A stretch of 49,988 nt of DNA from Boseongicola sp. (GCA_029287375.1 JARFRG010000087.1:1-49988), one strand, 5' to 3'. Positions 1 to 8,892 are shown, counted from the first letter of the stretch. Program-made: numbers and translations. Notes: a model not told the origin generated them from the sequence alone.

Positions 1-87
1 AATAAATCCACAGCACGATCGGCCACGTCACGAAGTCCTCAAATATTTTGCAAAACCAGTCCGCATCAGAGGCACCATTCAACCAGA

Positions 88-297
88 ATGTGCCTCGCCT
101 CACAACGCAGATTCGCACCTTTCTTGGGTTGGTTCGCACCCTTAAGCGATTCTACAGCATCGCGAGCGGTTGACGGGAAACCCCATATAAAGCCCGACAA
201 ACCGCAGGGCCTGGCACCAATCCCGCATCCGACAAGCTTGCGGCTGCTTCTGGCAGGCATGTGCGGTCTGGCAGTTCTGCGCCGCAAGCGCAGCTAA
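88..297 (+). pseudogene. Degenerate VPLPA-CTERM/PEP-CTERM-like sorting tail (remnant or short ORF)
   Basis: C-terminus APIPHPTSLRLLLAGMCGLAVLRRKRS has a Pro motif, hydrophobic helix and basic cluster; the upstream part does not look like a normal secreted protein. Confidence 0.5.
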
Positions 298-319
298 CCG
301 AAGCGTTCTGAACTTGATT

Positions 320-347
320 GGGCCGTCCGTCAGGGGCGGCCCTTTTT
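320..347 (+). terminator. Rho-independent terminator
   Basis: GGGCCGTCC-gtcag-GGGCGGCCC followed by TTTTT. Confidence 0.85.
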
Positions 348-426
348 CATGGGCCCACCCAAATTTTGCCCAAAGCGGAACTTGCGCTATTTTCTCCGGT
401 AGTCACAGCCGAAGGACACATCTCTC

Positions 427-1260
427 ATGCTTCGCCTCGCCCTTGCCTGCTTCCTGACCTTCGCCGCCACAACGGCGCAAGCACAAGACCGACGTATCAG
501 CCATTGCATCGCCATCGCGGACGCAGCTCCGGGATTGGAATTCATTCAAAAAGCAAGCTGGCAGGCCCCCCTGCCCGACGAATTCACCGTCCGCCTGTCT
601 TACATCGACCACTCCATGTTCCTTCTGCAAACAGCCGGTGGCCTGAATGCAATCACCGACTTCAACGGCTTCATCGGTGCGGTCGACACGCTCCCCGACG
701 TGGTCACCATGAACAACGCCCACGGCACCCACTGGACTGCCTTTCCAAACCCCGACATCCCGAACATCCTCGAGGGATGGCGCCAAAGCGGAGAGCCCGC
801 AGACCACAACCTCGACCTTGGCGAAATGCTGGTGCGTAACGTCACCACCGATATCCGCGACCGCTTTGAGGCCATGACACGGGTCAAGGATGGCAACTCC
901 ATCTTCGTCTTCGAGGTGGGAGGCCTGTGCATCGGCCACCTCGGTCACCTCCATCACGAACCCAACGAACAACAATATGCAGCACTTGGTCGCCTCGATG
1001 TCGTCATGGCTGCCGTGGATGGCGGGTTGACTGTCGATACGCCAACTATGATCCGCATTATCAAACGCCTGAAATCGTCGATCGTCTTGCCGATGCACTG
1101 GTTTTCACGCCGCTCGCTCGAAGTGTTCCTCGCAGGTGTCTCGGACGAGTTCTCAATCGACCGCACCGGAGAGACCTCCATCGAAGTCTCGCTCAGAACC
1201 CTGCCCAGCCGCCCCACTGTCGTCGTCCTGGAGCCCCGATTTCTAGATATGGACAATTGA
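427..1260 (+). CDS. Secreted MBL-fold metallo-hydrolase
   Basis: Signal peptide (AQA); YIDHSMF, TMNNAHGTH, IGHLGHLHH and PMHW motifs of the beta-lactamase fold. Confidence 0.8.
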   Translation: MLRLALACFLTFAATTAQAQDRRISHCIAIADAAPGLEFIQKASWQAPLPDEFTVRLSYIDHSMFLLQTAGGLNAITDFNGFIGAVDTLPDVVTMNNAHGTHWTAFPNPDIPNILEGWRQSGEPADHNLDLGEMLVRNVTTDIRDRFEAMTRVKDGNSIFVFEVGGLCIGHLGHLHHEPNEQQYAALGRLDVVMAAVDGGLTVDTPTMIRIIKRLKSSIVLPMHWFSRRSLEVFLAGVSDEFSIDRTGETSIEVSLRTLPSRPTVVVLEPRFLDMDN

Positions 1261-1292
1261 CAGCGCCGCCCCCAAAAGACCAACGTCCGCTC

Positions 1293-2702
1293 ATGTTGAA
1301 CGCGTTCACCTCAGATCACGCCGCGACCCTTCAGGCCGCGCTGCCAGACCTGCCGCTCAAACCGGCTGAACCACGCTATCTTGAGGAACCACGCGGCAAA
1401 TGGGTCGGCCTGCCTACTTTCGTCGCTGCACCGCGCAGCACACAAGACGTCGCGGCAATCGTGCGCTTTGCCAACGAACACCGCATCGGACTTCAACCCT
1501 ATGGTGGCGGCACTGGACTAGTTGGCGGGCAACTCACCACCAAAGGCCCTGAGCCGCTGATCGTGTCGCTTGAAAATATGGCAATCATCCGCGCCGTGTA
1601 CCCGCAGGAAAACACTCTTGTGGCCGATGCCGGCGTGACGCTTGAAACCATCCAGAACGCCGCCGCCGATATCAACCGTCTCTTCCCGCTTAGCTATGGC
1701 AGCAAAGGCACAGCGCAAATCGGCGCGGGTCTTGCCGTCAATTCGGGCGGCCTCAATGTCCTGCGCTATGGCATGGCGCGCGACCTCTGCCTCGGCATCG
1801 AAGCCGTTCTGCCAAACGGCGACATCCTCCACGGATTGAAACGCCTGAAAAAAGACAACACCGGCTACGATCTGCGCCATCTTCTGATCGGCGCAGAGGG
1901 TACGCTTGGCATCATCACTGCCGCCGCGCTCAAACTCTCGCCGCGCCCAACAAACACCGCCACCGCCTTCCTCGCCGTCCCAAATCCAACCGCCGCGCTC
2001 GAACTTCTCGCCCGCACCTGGGACACCGCGGGCGAAGTGATCTCGGCCTTCGAACTCCTTTCGGGCAGTGGCTTTGACTTCCTGCGCGAGGTCTTCCCCG
2101 ACGTCCGCCAACCCTTTGAAACACCACCAGACTGGTCCGTCCTGGTCGAGATCGCCACCGCGGGCGACACCGACCCCCAAGCCATCCTCGAAACCGTTTT
2201 CGCCGAGGCCTTCGACGCAGATCTCGTGACCGACGGCCTCATCGCATCAAGTGGTCAACAAGCCGCCGATTTCTGGGCCGTGCGCGAAACCATCCCGCTC
2301 GCCAACCGCGCCATCGGCGCAATTGCCAGCCACGACATCTCGCTTCCCTTGTCGCATCTCGCGGAATTCATCGACACAACGCACCAGGCCCTGTTGGACA
2401 TCGCCCCAATTCGTATCAACTGCTTTGGACATCTGGGAGACGGCAATCTCCACTTCAACGTCTACCCGCCGGTCGGAAAAGACCGCAAAGAATACGCCCA
2501 CGTCGCCGCGGATATATCGCGCCTTGTCCACGACCGCGTCGTCGAACGCGGCGGCAGTTTCAGCGCCGAACACGGAATTGGTCGCCTGAAAACAGCGGAT
2601 CTGGCCCACTACAGTGATCCCGCCAAACTGGCGACAATGCGCGCGATCAAATCGGCCCTCGATCCCAACGGCATCATGAACCCGGGCGCTGTGTTACCGT
2701 AA
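1293..2702 (+). CDS. FAD-binding oxidoreductase (D-2-hydroxyacid dehydrogenase/GlcD-like)
   Basis: GGGTGLVGG, GAEGTLGIIT, GHLGDGNLH, SAEHGIG and DPNGIMNPG motifs; ATG 1293 chosen over the overlapping start at 927. Confidence 0.9.
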   Translation: MLNAFTSDHAATLQAALPDLPLKPAEPRYLEEPRGKWVGLPTFVAAPRSTQDVAAIVRFANEHRIGLQPYGGGTGLVGGQLTTKGPEPLIVSLENMAIIRAVYPQENTLVADAGVTLETIQNAAADINRLFPLSYGSKGTAQIGAGLAVNSGGLNVLRYGMARDLCLGIEAVLPNGDILHGLKRLKKDNTGYDLRHLLIGAEGTLGIITAAALKLSPRPTNTATAFLAVPNPTAALELLARTWDTAGEVISAFELLSGSGFDFLREVFPDVRQPFETPPDWSVLVEIATAGDTDPQAILETVFAEAFDADLVTDGLIASSGQQAADFWAVRETIPLANRAIGAIASHDISLPLSHLAEFIDTTHQALLDIAPIRINCFGHLGDGNLHFNVYPPVGKDRKEYAHVAADISRLVHDRVVERGGSFSAEHGIGRLKTADLAHYSDPAKLATMRAIKSALDPNGIMNPGAVLP

Positions 2703-2721
2703 AACGGACCCATGCGCCCGA

Positions 2722-2800
2722 CAAGAACTTGCCCCGCCGACCAGGCCGACGGGGCGTTCACTCGTCCCAAAACACTCTTGCGAGTGTCCTCAAGCTACCC
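2722..2800 (-). ncRNA. Candidate small RNA (GCAA-tetraloop hairpin plus terminal hairpin)
   Basis: Minus strand AGGACACTC-GCAA-GAGTGTTTT and GCCCCGTCGGC-ctg-GTCGGCGGGGC; G-U pairs form only on the minus strand. Confidence 0.45.
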
Positions 2801-2808
2801 AGAATGTC

Positions 2809-2823
2809 TTAAATTAATTTTAA
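2809..2823. promoter_or_regulatory. CtrA full binding site TTAA-N7-TTAA
   Basis: TTAA-ATTAATT-TTAA, exact match to the alphaproteobacterial CtrA consensus. Confidence 0.65.
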
Positions 2824-2836
2824 TGAACGCTAGTCT

Positions 2837-3064
2837 TCACACCCAGTCCACCCAATCCTCGCCAGTCCACTGACACATCAAATTGCTGAGGGGCTCGCTC
2901 ATCTCGTCGAACTTCTCCTCCGCAATCTGCCTCATCTGCGCGCCTGCCATCGCTTAGGATGCATCCGAAAACCTCACCACATTGCGCGCCAAAGCCATCA
3001 TCTCGATAGTCACATTTTGTTCATCAATCCCCTGCCGCATCCTCACGCGGATGCTCGCAGTCAT
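2837..3064 (-). pseudogene. ~75-codon ORF split by an in-frame TAA (2954-2956)
   Basis: Hand translation MTASIRVRMRQGIDEQNVTIEMMALARNVVRFSDAS*AMAGAQMRQIAEEKFDEMSEPLSNLMCQWTGEDWVDWV*. Confidence 0.4.
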
Positions 3065-3088
3065 CGGTGGCCCGCAAGGAAAATCGCC

Positions 3089-3631
3089 CTAGTGGCCCTC
3101 GAACTCGCACAACACGTCGACTTCCATGCCCAGCGCTTCAAGCTTCTTGCGCCCGCCCAAATCCGGCAAATCAATGATAAACGCGCAGCCGATGATATCC
3201 GCACCCATCTGCTCCAGCAATTTGATCCCCGCCTCTGCCGTCCCGCCAGTGGCCAGCAGATCATCCACCACCAGTACTTTTTCACCGGGCTGAACCGCGT
3301 CATCATGGACCTCCACGATCGCCTCTCCGTACTCTAGCTGGTATTCTTGGCTCAAGGTCTTTCCGGGCAGTTTGCCCTTCTTGCGGATCGGCACAAAACC
3401 CACCGACAACTGATGCGCAATCGCGCCGCCAATAATGAACCCACGCGCCTCCAAACCAACAACTTTGTCGATTTCCTCCCCCGCATAGGGGTGTAGCAAT
3501 TGATCGATACACATCCGAAATCCGCGCGGATCAGCAAAAAGTGTCGTGACATCACGAAACAGAATGCCTTCATGTGGAAAGTCCACAATTGTGCGAATGT
3601 AGTCTTTTACGGTCTTCTTGGTGGTGTTCAT
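3089..3631 (-). CDS. apt: Adenine phosphoribosyltransferase
   Basis: [25 protein letters not shown] and [14 protein letters not shown] motif. Confidence 0.97.
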   Translation of the reverse strand: MNTTKKTVKDYIRTIVDFPHEGILFRDVTTLFADPRGFRMCIDQLLHPYAGEEIDKVVGLEARGFIIGGAIAHQLSVGFVPIRKKGKLPGKTLSQEYQLEYGEAIVEVHDDAVQPGEKVLVVDDLLATGGTAEAGIKLLEQMGADIIGCAFIIDLPDLGGRKKLEALGMEVDVLCEFEGH

Positions 3632-3694
3632 GTCTGGCCCTGTCTGGTCACATGCGGATCATCACAGCGCGACCACCCCGGATTGGCAAGTGAA

Positions 3695-4456
3695 ATGAAC
3701 GAGAAAACAAATACATCACGCCGCAGCTTCGTCATTGCAGCACTTGCAATCGTAGGCGTCGGCGGCGGCTGGCAGGCATGGGTCCATCGCCCCCGCACCA
3801 TGACCTTCAATCCCATCGAAAACCTGCCGGGATGGCGCCAAACCACGTTCGAAGGCCTGAGCGCCCCGCGCGGCGGCCTGTCCGCCAATGCTGCCTTCGT
3901 TGGCATCAATGACCAGGCACCCGTGCAATCCCTCGACCCCAAACAGCTGTGCCGCACGCTCTTCTCCTCAACCGACGACAACAAAGTTCCCGTCGCGGTC
4001 TTTTCAGATTTTTTCTGCCCCTACTGCCGCACCCTCACGCAACGACTGGCAGACCGCGCGTCTCAACCAAACGCCAATATCGCTGTCAAATGGCACGAGC
4101 TGCCGCTCCTCGGCCCCTCGTCCGTCATTGCCGCCCGTGCAGCAACGGCCGCCGATATGCAGTCTGCCTATCCCGAATTTCAGTCCCGACTGATGGGCTC
4201 GGCTTTCCGCCCAACACCTGAGTTTCTGCTCGATACCGCCGCCTCAACCGGCCTCGACCCCGCCAAGTTTGTCGCAGACATGGAAGGCCAGGTCGTCGCA
4301 AGCCGCTTGTCACGCAGCCGTTCGGCCGCACGTTCTCTTGGCATCTACGGCACACCCGCCATGGTCGTGGGGCGCACACTCGTCATCGGAGAAATCAGCG
4401 ACCGAAACCTCGACACGCTGATCGACATGGAAACCGGCACAACCTCCACCTGCTAA
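3695..4456 (+). CDS. DsbA-family thioredoxin-fold protein
   Basis: FSDFFCPYC active site, ELPLLG, GTP cis-Pro loop; twin-Arg-like SRRSFV N-terminus. Confidence 0.85.
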   Translation: MNEKTNTSRRSFVIAALAIVGVGGGWQAWVHRPRTMTFNPIENLPGWRQTTFEGLSAPRGGLSANAAFVGINDQAPVQSLDPKQLCRTLFSSTDDNKVPVAVFSDFFCPYCRTLTQRLADRASQPNANIAVKWHELPLLGPSSVIAARAATAADMQSAYPEFQSRLMGSAFRPTPEFLLDTAASTGLDPAKFVADMEGQVVASRLSRSRSAARSLGIYGTPAMVVGRTLVIGEISDRNLDTLIDMETGTTSTC

Positions 4457-5331
4457 GCCAGCACCCGCCCGGCCACCGCGTCCAGTTTGGCAACCAGCGC
4501 CGGATCACGCTTGTCCGGTGTCGTCAAAACTGCATATTCCAATGCTCGGTCGCAGCCATGCGGACACAGATCTCGCACGGCACCCAATAACATCGGCAGC
4601 CCCGCAACCATCCCACGCGCCTTTTCGGCATTGCCCGTCAACGTCGCGATAATTTGCGTCACATCCACCTCGCCGTGGTCAGGATGCCACGAGTCATAAT
4701 CCGTAATCATCGCCACTGAGGCATAACAAAGCTCCGCCTCGCGCGCCAATTTCGCCTCCGGCATATTCGTCATCCCGATCACATCGCAGCCCCACGCCTC
4801 GCGGTACATCTTTGACTCCGCCAAAGTCGAAAACTGAGGCCCCTCCATCGCAAGATAAGTTCCGCCACGATGAACGATCACTCCCGTCGCGCGCGCCGCC
4901 GCCTCACAAGCATCGCCCAGCCGTGCGCACGTCGGATGCGCCACACTCACATGCGCCACGCATCCCGCACCAAAAAACGTTTTCTCGCGCGCAAACGTCC
5001 TGTCCACGAACTGATCCACAATGACGAAATCTCCCGACGCCATCGCCTCGCGAAACGACCCGCAAGCCGACACGGAAATCACATCTGTCACACCCAACCG
5101 CTTTAAGGCATCAATATTCGCACGATACGGCACGCTCGTCGGGCTATGTACATGTCCGCGCCCATGACGCGGCAAAAACGCCATCGCCACACCGTCAAGC
5201 ACGCCTGTCAAAATCTGATCCGAAGGCGCACCCCAGGGACTTTCCACATCAACCCAGGTCGCCCCCTCCAACCCCTCGATGTCATAAAGTCCACTGCCCC
5301 CGATCACCCCGATCATCGCCTGTCCGCTCAT
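4453..5331 (-). CDS. mtnP: S-methyl-5'-thioadenosine phosphorylase
   Basis: IGGSGLY, PRHGRGH, EGPQFST, GMTNMPEAKLAREA, TDYD; GGAGG RBS upstream of ATG 5331. Confidence 0.95.
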   Translation of the reverse strand: MSGQAMIGVIGGSGLYDIEGLEGATWVDVESPWGAPSDQILTGVLDGVAMAFLPRHGRGHVHSPTSVPYRANIDALKRLGVTDVISVSACGSFREAMASGDFVIVDQFVDRTFAREKTFFGAGCVAHVSVAHPTCARLGDACEAAARATGVIVHRGGTYLAMEGPQFSTLAESKMYREAWGCDVIGMTNMPEAKLAREAELCYASVAMITDYDSWHPDHGEVDVTQIIATLTGNAEKARGMVAGLPMLLGAVRDLCPHGCDRALEYAVLTTPDKRDPALVAKLDAVAGRVLA

Positions 5332-5402
5332 GCCTGCCTCCGGTGCCATTCAAGAAAACACTAACCCCGCATCCACCAGATGCAACACGGCTCACCGCTC
5401 TA

Positions 5403-5460
5403 TTTCACCCTTTCAAAAATACCTCGGGGAACGCGCGCCAGCGCGTGGGGCAGAGCCCCG
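5403..5460 (+). repeat. Dispersed palindromic repeat, copy R1
   Basis: TTTCACCCTTTCAAAAATACCTCGGGG followed by GC hairpins; head nearly identical to copies at 14219-14266(-) and 17326-17358(+). Confidence 0.8.
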
Positions 5461-5477
5461 TACCCTATCCCCAAAAC

Positions 5478-5601
5478 GAAAAAGCCCGCCGAAAATGGCG
5501 AGCCGTTAGTCATCCCAAAAGTTTAGGTCCCCGGTACCACGGGCTGGGTGGGGGCTGTTAATCCACGGTACCGGGGATAGCGTTAGTTCGCTACAGGTTC
5601 T
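5478..5601 (-). ncRNA. Candidate ~124-nt small RNA with C-rich loop and intrinsic terminator
   Basis: TTGGCC-N17-TAACCT promoter (5636-5608); stem TCCCCGGTACC/GGTACCGGGGA around CCCCCACCC; terminator GCTCGCC-attttc-GGCGGGC-TTTTT. Confidence 0.6.
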
Positions 5602-5716
5602 CAATGCAGGTTAAGTGCGGCGAGATAAGGGGCCAACGACGCCCACGCCGGGGTAATATTGTGTCAAAGATACGGCGGCGCTTGATTTGATGACAAACCA
5701 AGGGCAGGCTGAATCC

Positions 5717-6064
5717 ATGAACATCCAAAACACCACGCCCTTTCCAAAATCTGGAAAACCCACCGAACAAATTGCCTTTGATCGCAGTGAACTCTTCTTG
5801 ATTCTAGGAGTTTACGGGCGGATGGTCGCGGCCGGCGAATGGCGCGACTACGGCATGTCTTTCCTCAAAGACGTCGCGATTTTCTCGGCCTTTCGTCGCA
5901 CCGCCGAACACCCTATCTACCGCATCGAAAAACGTCCCAAAATGCGCGGTCGGCAAGGCATGTATTCGGTGATTGCGATGGATGGACAGATTCTTAAACG
6001 TGGCCACGATCTGAAAACCGTTCTGCGTGTACTTGACCGCAAGCTGATCCGCGCAATCGACTAA
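5717..6064 (+). CDS. DUF2794 family protein
   Basis: YGRMVAAGEWRDY and GQILKRGHDL motifs. Confidence 0.85.
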   Translation: MNIQNTTPFPKSGKPTEQIAFDRSELFLILGVYGRMVAAGEWRDYGMSFLKDVAIFSAFRRTAEHPIYRIEKRPKMRGRQGMYSVIAMDGQILKRGHDLKTVLRVLDRKLIRAID

Positions 6065-6915
6065 AACCGCAAAGCAGACCAATCCGGCCTCAACATCGAC
6101 GTCACTGGTCCGGTATCGCTCCCGGCAATCCGTGCAATCGCCTCCACAACCGGCTCCTCGACGACCGCCATGTGATGCGCATTTGCATGGATCAAAGTGC
6201 CTGCGCCACTCGCCATCGCCACGTGGCCAGCCCAAAACACCAGATCCCCGGCTGCCAGTTCACTCTCGGACCCGACCAATTCACCTGGCATTCTGGCCTG
6301 CAAGTCGCTGTCCGGCGGGCAGGCAAATCCCGACGCGTGAAATGCCACCTGCACAAGCCCCGAGCAATCCAGCCCGCTCGCTTCATTTCCGGCCCACACA
6401 TACGGCGTGCCAACGAAACGACGGACCACCGAAACCACATCGTCTGCCCAGGTTCCCAATCGGCTCAGATGCCCGGACGGCACAAAGACCGCCCCGTTTG
6501 GCCCGGTGATCTCACTCCAACGGGGATCCACATCCGACACAGAAACGCGCGCCATCATCGGCAAAAACAACTCCGGCTCGCCTTTCAGATCAGCGCGCGG
6601 CCATCCATGGGTCAAAAGGGCCGACACCCAATGCGTTGCTTCCAATCGTGGCCCCAAAGCCTGTTGCGCCAGATACCCGACATAACCGTCCTTCATTGAC
6701 ACGCCAAACGTCAGATCGCCTTCTTCCGCCAAAGCCAGGAAAATATCGCCAAACAACAGCTGTCGATCCCGCGCACCGCCCGGCCTCGAACGCAAAAATG
6801 CGCTCGCGACAAGAGACATCTCCTTGCCGTCAACAAAGCGTTCTGCGTTGACCTCGCCTTCAAGGCCCCGTCGCGCCACCCGCCCGTTCGACGCCAAAAA
6901 CCGCCGGTCGATCAC
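6061..6915 (-). CDS. NlpC/P60 (C40) peptidase
   Basis: GTPYVWAG, DCSGLVQ, GDLVFWAGHV and IHANAH motifs. Confidence 0.9.
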   Translation of the reverse strand: MIDRRFLASNGRVARRGLEGEVNAERFVDGKEMSLVASAFLRSRPGGARDRQLLFGDIFLALAEEGDLTFGVSMKDGYVGYLAQQALGPRLEATHWVSALLTHGWPRADLKGEPELFLPMMARVSVSDVDPRWSEITGPNGAVFVPSGHLSRLGTWADDVVSVVRRFVGTPYVWAGNEASGLDCSGLVQVAFHASGFACPPDSDLQARMPGELVGSESELAAGDLVFWAGHVAMASGAGTLIHANAHHMAVVEEPVVEAIARIAGSDTGPVTSMLRPDWSALRF

Positions 6916-8300
6916 GTCCTCAGCATCCCCGGCAAGGCCTCATACAATGCCCGAATCCCCTGACCCACGCCCCCCTTCGGACGGCCTGGTTCTGCCGAAG
7001 GGGACCATCCGAAAACATCAAAATGCATGTATCGCGGTGTTTGGGACACAAACCGCCGCAAGAACAAGGCGGCGGTGATTGATCCCGCAAAGCCTCCCTT
7101 CGGCGCATTGTCCAAATCCGCGATGCCCGGCTCGATCATTGCCTCGTATGGGTCCCAAAACGGCAAGCGCCACACAGGGTCGCACACCACGCGCGCGCCA
7201 CTCTCAAGCCCAGCGGCATCGTCATCATCTGTCGCAAAATACGGCGCCAGGTCTGGTCCAACCGCCACCCGCGCCGCGCCTGTCAAAGTCGCCATCGACA
7301 CGATCAGATCGGGCTTGTCCTCATCCGCCAAAGCCAAGGCATCCGCCAGAACCAACCGTCCTTCGGCATCGGTGTTGTTGATCTCTACCGTCAATCCCTT
7401 ACGCGACGTCAGAATGTCACCGGGACGAAACGCGTCACCCGCAACGGAATTTTCAACCGCCGGGATTAATACGCGCAAGCGAACGGGTGTGTCCCCGGCC
7501 ATCAGCATATGCGCCAACCCAAGCACATTTGCTGACCCGCCCATGTCCTTCTTCATCAATCCCATCGACACACCCGGCTTTAGATTAAGGCCGCCCGTAT
7601 CAAAGCAAACCCCCTTGCCCACCAGAGTCACCCGCGGCCCGACGCTTCCCCAATTCATCTCAATCAACCGAGGTGCGCGCACGGACGCGCGCCCGACTGC
7701 ATGGATCATCGGAAAATTCGCAGCCAACAGATCATCGCCGGTGATCACTGAAATATTTGCGCCAAACGCCTCCGCCAATGTGCGCGCCGCAGCCTCAAGC
7801 TCGTCCGGCCCCATGTCGTTGGCCGGCGTATTGATCAGATCACGGGTCAACGTTTCACCTGCCGCAATCCGCTCCAAACGCGCGGCATCCACGCCACCCG
7901 GCGCCACCAACATCGCTTCGGGCGCCTTTTGCGCTGCATAACGTGCAAAGCGATAGCCCGCCAAAAGCCAGCCAAGCGCGGCCTCGTCCAGATCCCTGCC
8001 CGTCAAACCTGTCTCAAACCGCCACACACCGCCCGGCAGCTTCGCCCGCAAATCCGCGACAACAAAGCGTTTGCGCGTCCGTGTCTTTGCGTCGCCCAAA
8101 CCGCCCGCCGCCGCCGCGACTCCGCCCTCGCCATCCGGCAGCAACACCATATCTCCTGCTGCCCCGCCGAAACCGGACGCCAGCGCAAATGCCGCCTGAG
8201 GGGCCGACAAAGATGTCCGCCAGGCCTCCACATCATCTTTCGCTACTAGATACAGGGGCAGTGAATCGCCAGAATTGTCGGCAAACGTGAGGGAAGTCAT
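6912..8300 (-). CDS. Leucyl aminopeptidase (M17)
   Basis: GKGVCFDTGG, KKDMGG, NTDAEGRL and ATLTGA motifs. Confidence 0.95.
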   Translation of the reverse strand: MTSLTFADNSGDSLPLYLVAKDDVEAWRTSLSAPQAAFALASGFGGAAGDMVLLPDGEGGVAAAAGGLGDAKTRTRKRFVVADLRAKLPGGVWRFETGLTGRDLDEAALGWLLAGYRFARYAAQKAPEAMLVAPGGVDAARLERIAAGETLTRDLINTPANDMGPDELEAAARTLAEAFGANISVITGDDLLAANFPMIHAVGRASVRAPRLIEMNWGSVGPRVTLVGKGVCFDTGGLNLKPGVSMGLMKKDMGGSANVLGLAHMLMAGDTPVRLRVLIPAVENSVAGDAFRPGDILTSRKGLTVEINNTDAEGRLVLADALALADEDKPDLIVSMATLTGAARVAVGPDLAPYFATDDDDAAGLESGARVVCDPVWRLPFWDPYEAMIEPGIADLDNAPKGGFAGSITAALFLRRFVSQTPRYMHFDVFGWSPSAEPGRPKGGVGQGIRALYEALPGMLRT

Positions 8301-8373
8301 CAGATCGCGGCCTTTCGTCAATTTCAGGCCAGCCTATCCGCTTTCAAACCCGCGACAAGTCCTCGCCATCCGT

Positions 8374-8754
8374 TCACGACCGCAAAAGTGCGATATCTCC
8401 AAATGCATTAAGCGAGCCTTCCCCTACACGCATCAATCTCGCGACGAGTGCAGCAAGGGCTGCATCATTCCGATCACCTGCAACTTCCGCGACCCTTCCC
8501 GAAACCTCGGCCACGCTTTGCATCCCCAATTGCCCCGACATTCCAACCACCGACCGCGCGATCTTTGCCAGCCTTTGGAATTCCCCGGCACGCCAGGCCG
8601 CCTCTGCGGCGGTCAACCGCTCTGCTATCTCTTCAAGCGCCGTAAAGGCTATAAATTCTGCACGCGGGACACCCCTGTCCCGCGCCAGATCAACCAAATG
8701 TCCGGCATCGACGAATATCATCTCAACCGGGTGAAACTGCACAACATTGTCCAT
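8374..8754 (-). CDS. Hypothetical protein, Hpt-like helical bundle without the phospho-His
   Basis: AGEFQRLAKIARSVVGMSGQLGM resembles the Hpt AHxLKGxxxxxG pattern with Arg at the His position. Confidence 0.55.
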   Translation of the reverse strand: MDNVVQFHPVEMIFVDAGHLVDLARDRGVPRAEFIAFTALEEIAERLTAAEAAWRAGEFQRLAKIARSVVGMSGQLGMQSVAEVSGRVAEVAGDRNDAALAALVARLMRVGEGSLNAFGDIALLRS

Positions 8755-8892
8755 CTACTTCCAACCACACCATTCCTCACCACTCATGCGACTGGGTCTA
8801 ATTGCACTCGGCAAAGAATTGATTGATATAGAGGGGAAAATGTCGTGCCTTTAGTTCGAATTTTCCAAACCACGGCATTGGGGACAGAAGAG

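Noticed and set aside
927-1292. 122-aa N-terminal extension of the FAD oxidoreductase ORF
   Set aside because: It overlaps the MBL gene out of frame and is Arg/Pro-rich shadow sequence; the family-like sequence begins at ATG 1293.
7027-7941. Long antisense ORFs (also 11794-12813, 24489-25874, 32489-33313, 39313-40344)
   Set aside because: They mirror real genes, as expected from GC-rich codon bias, and show no recognisable motifs.
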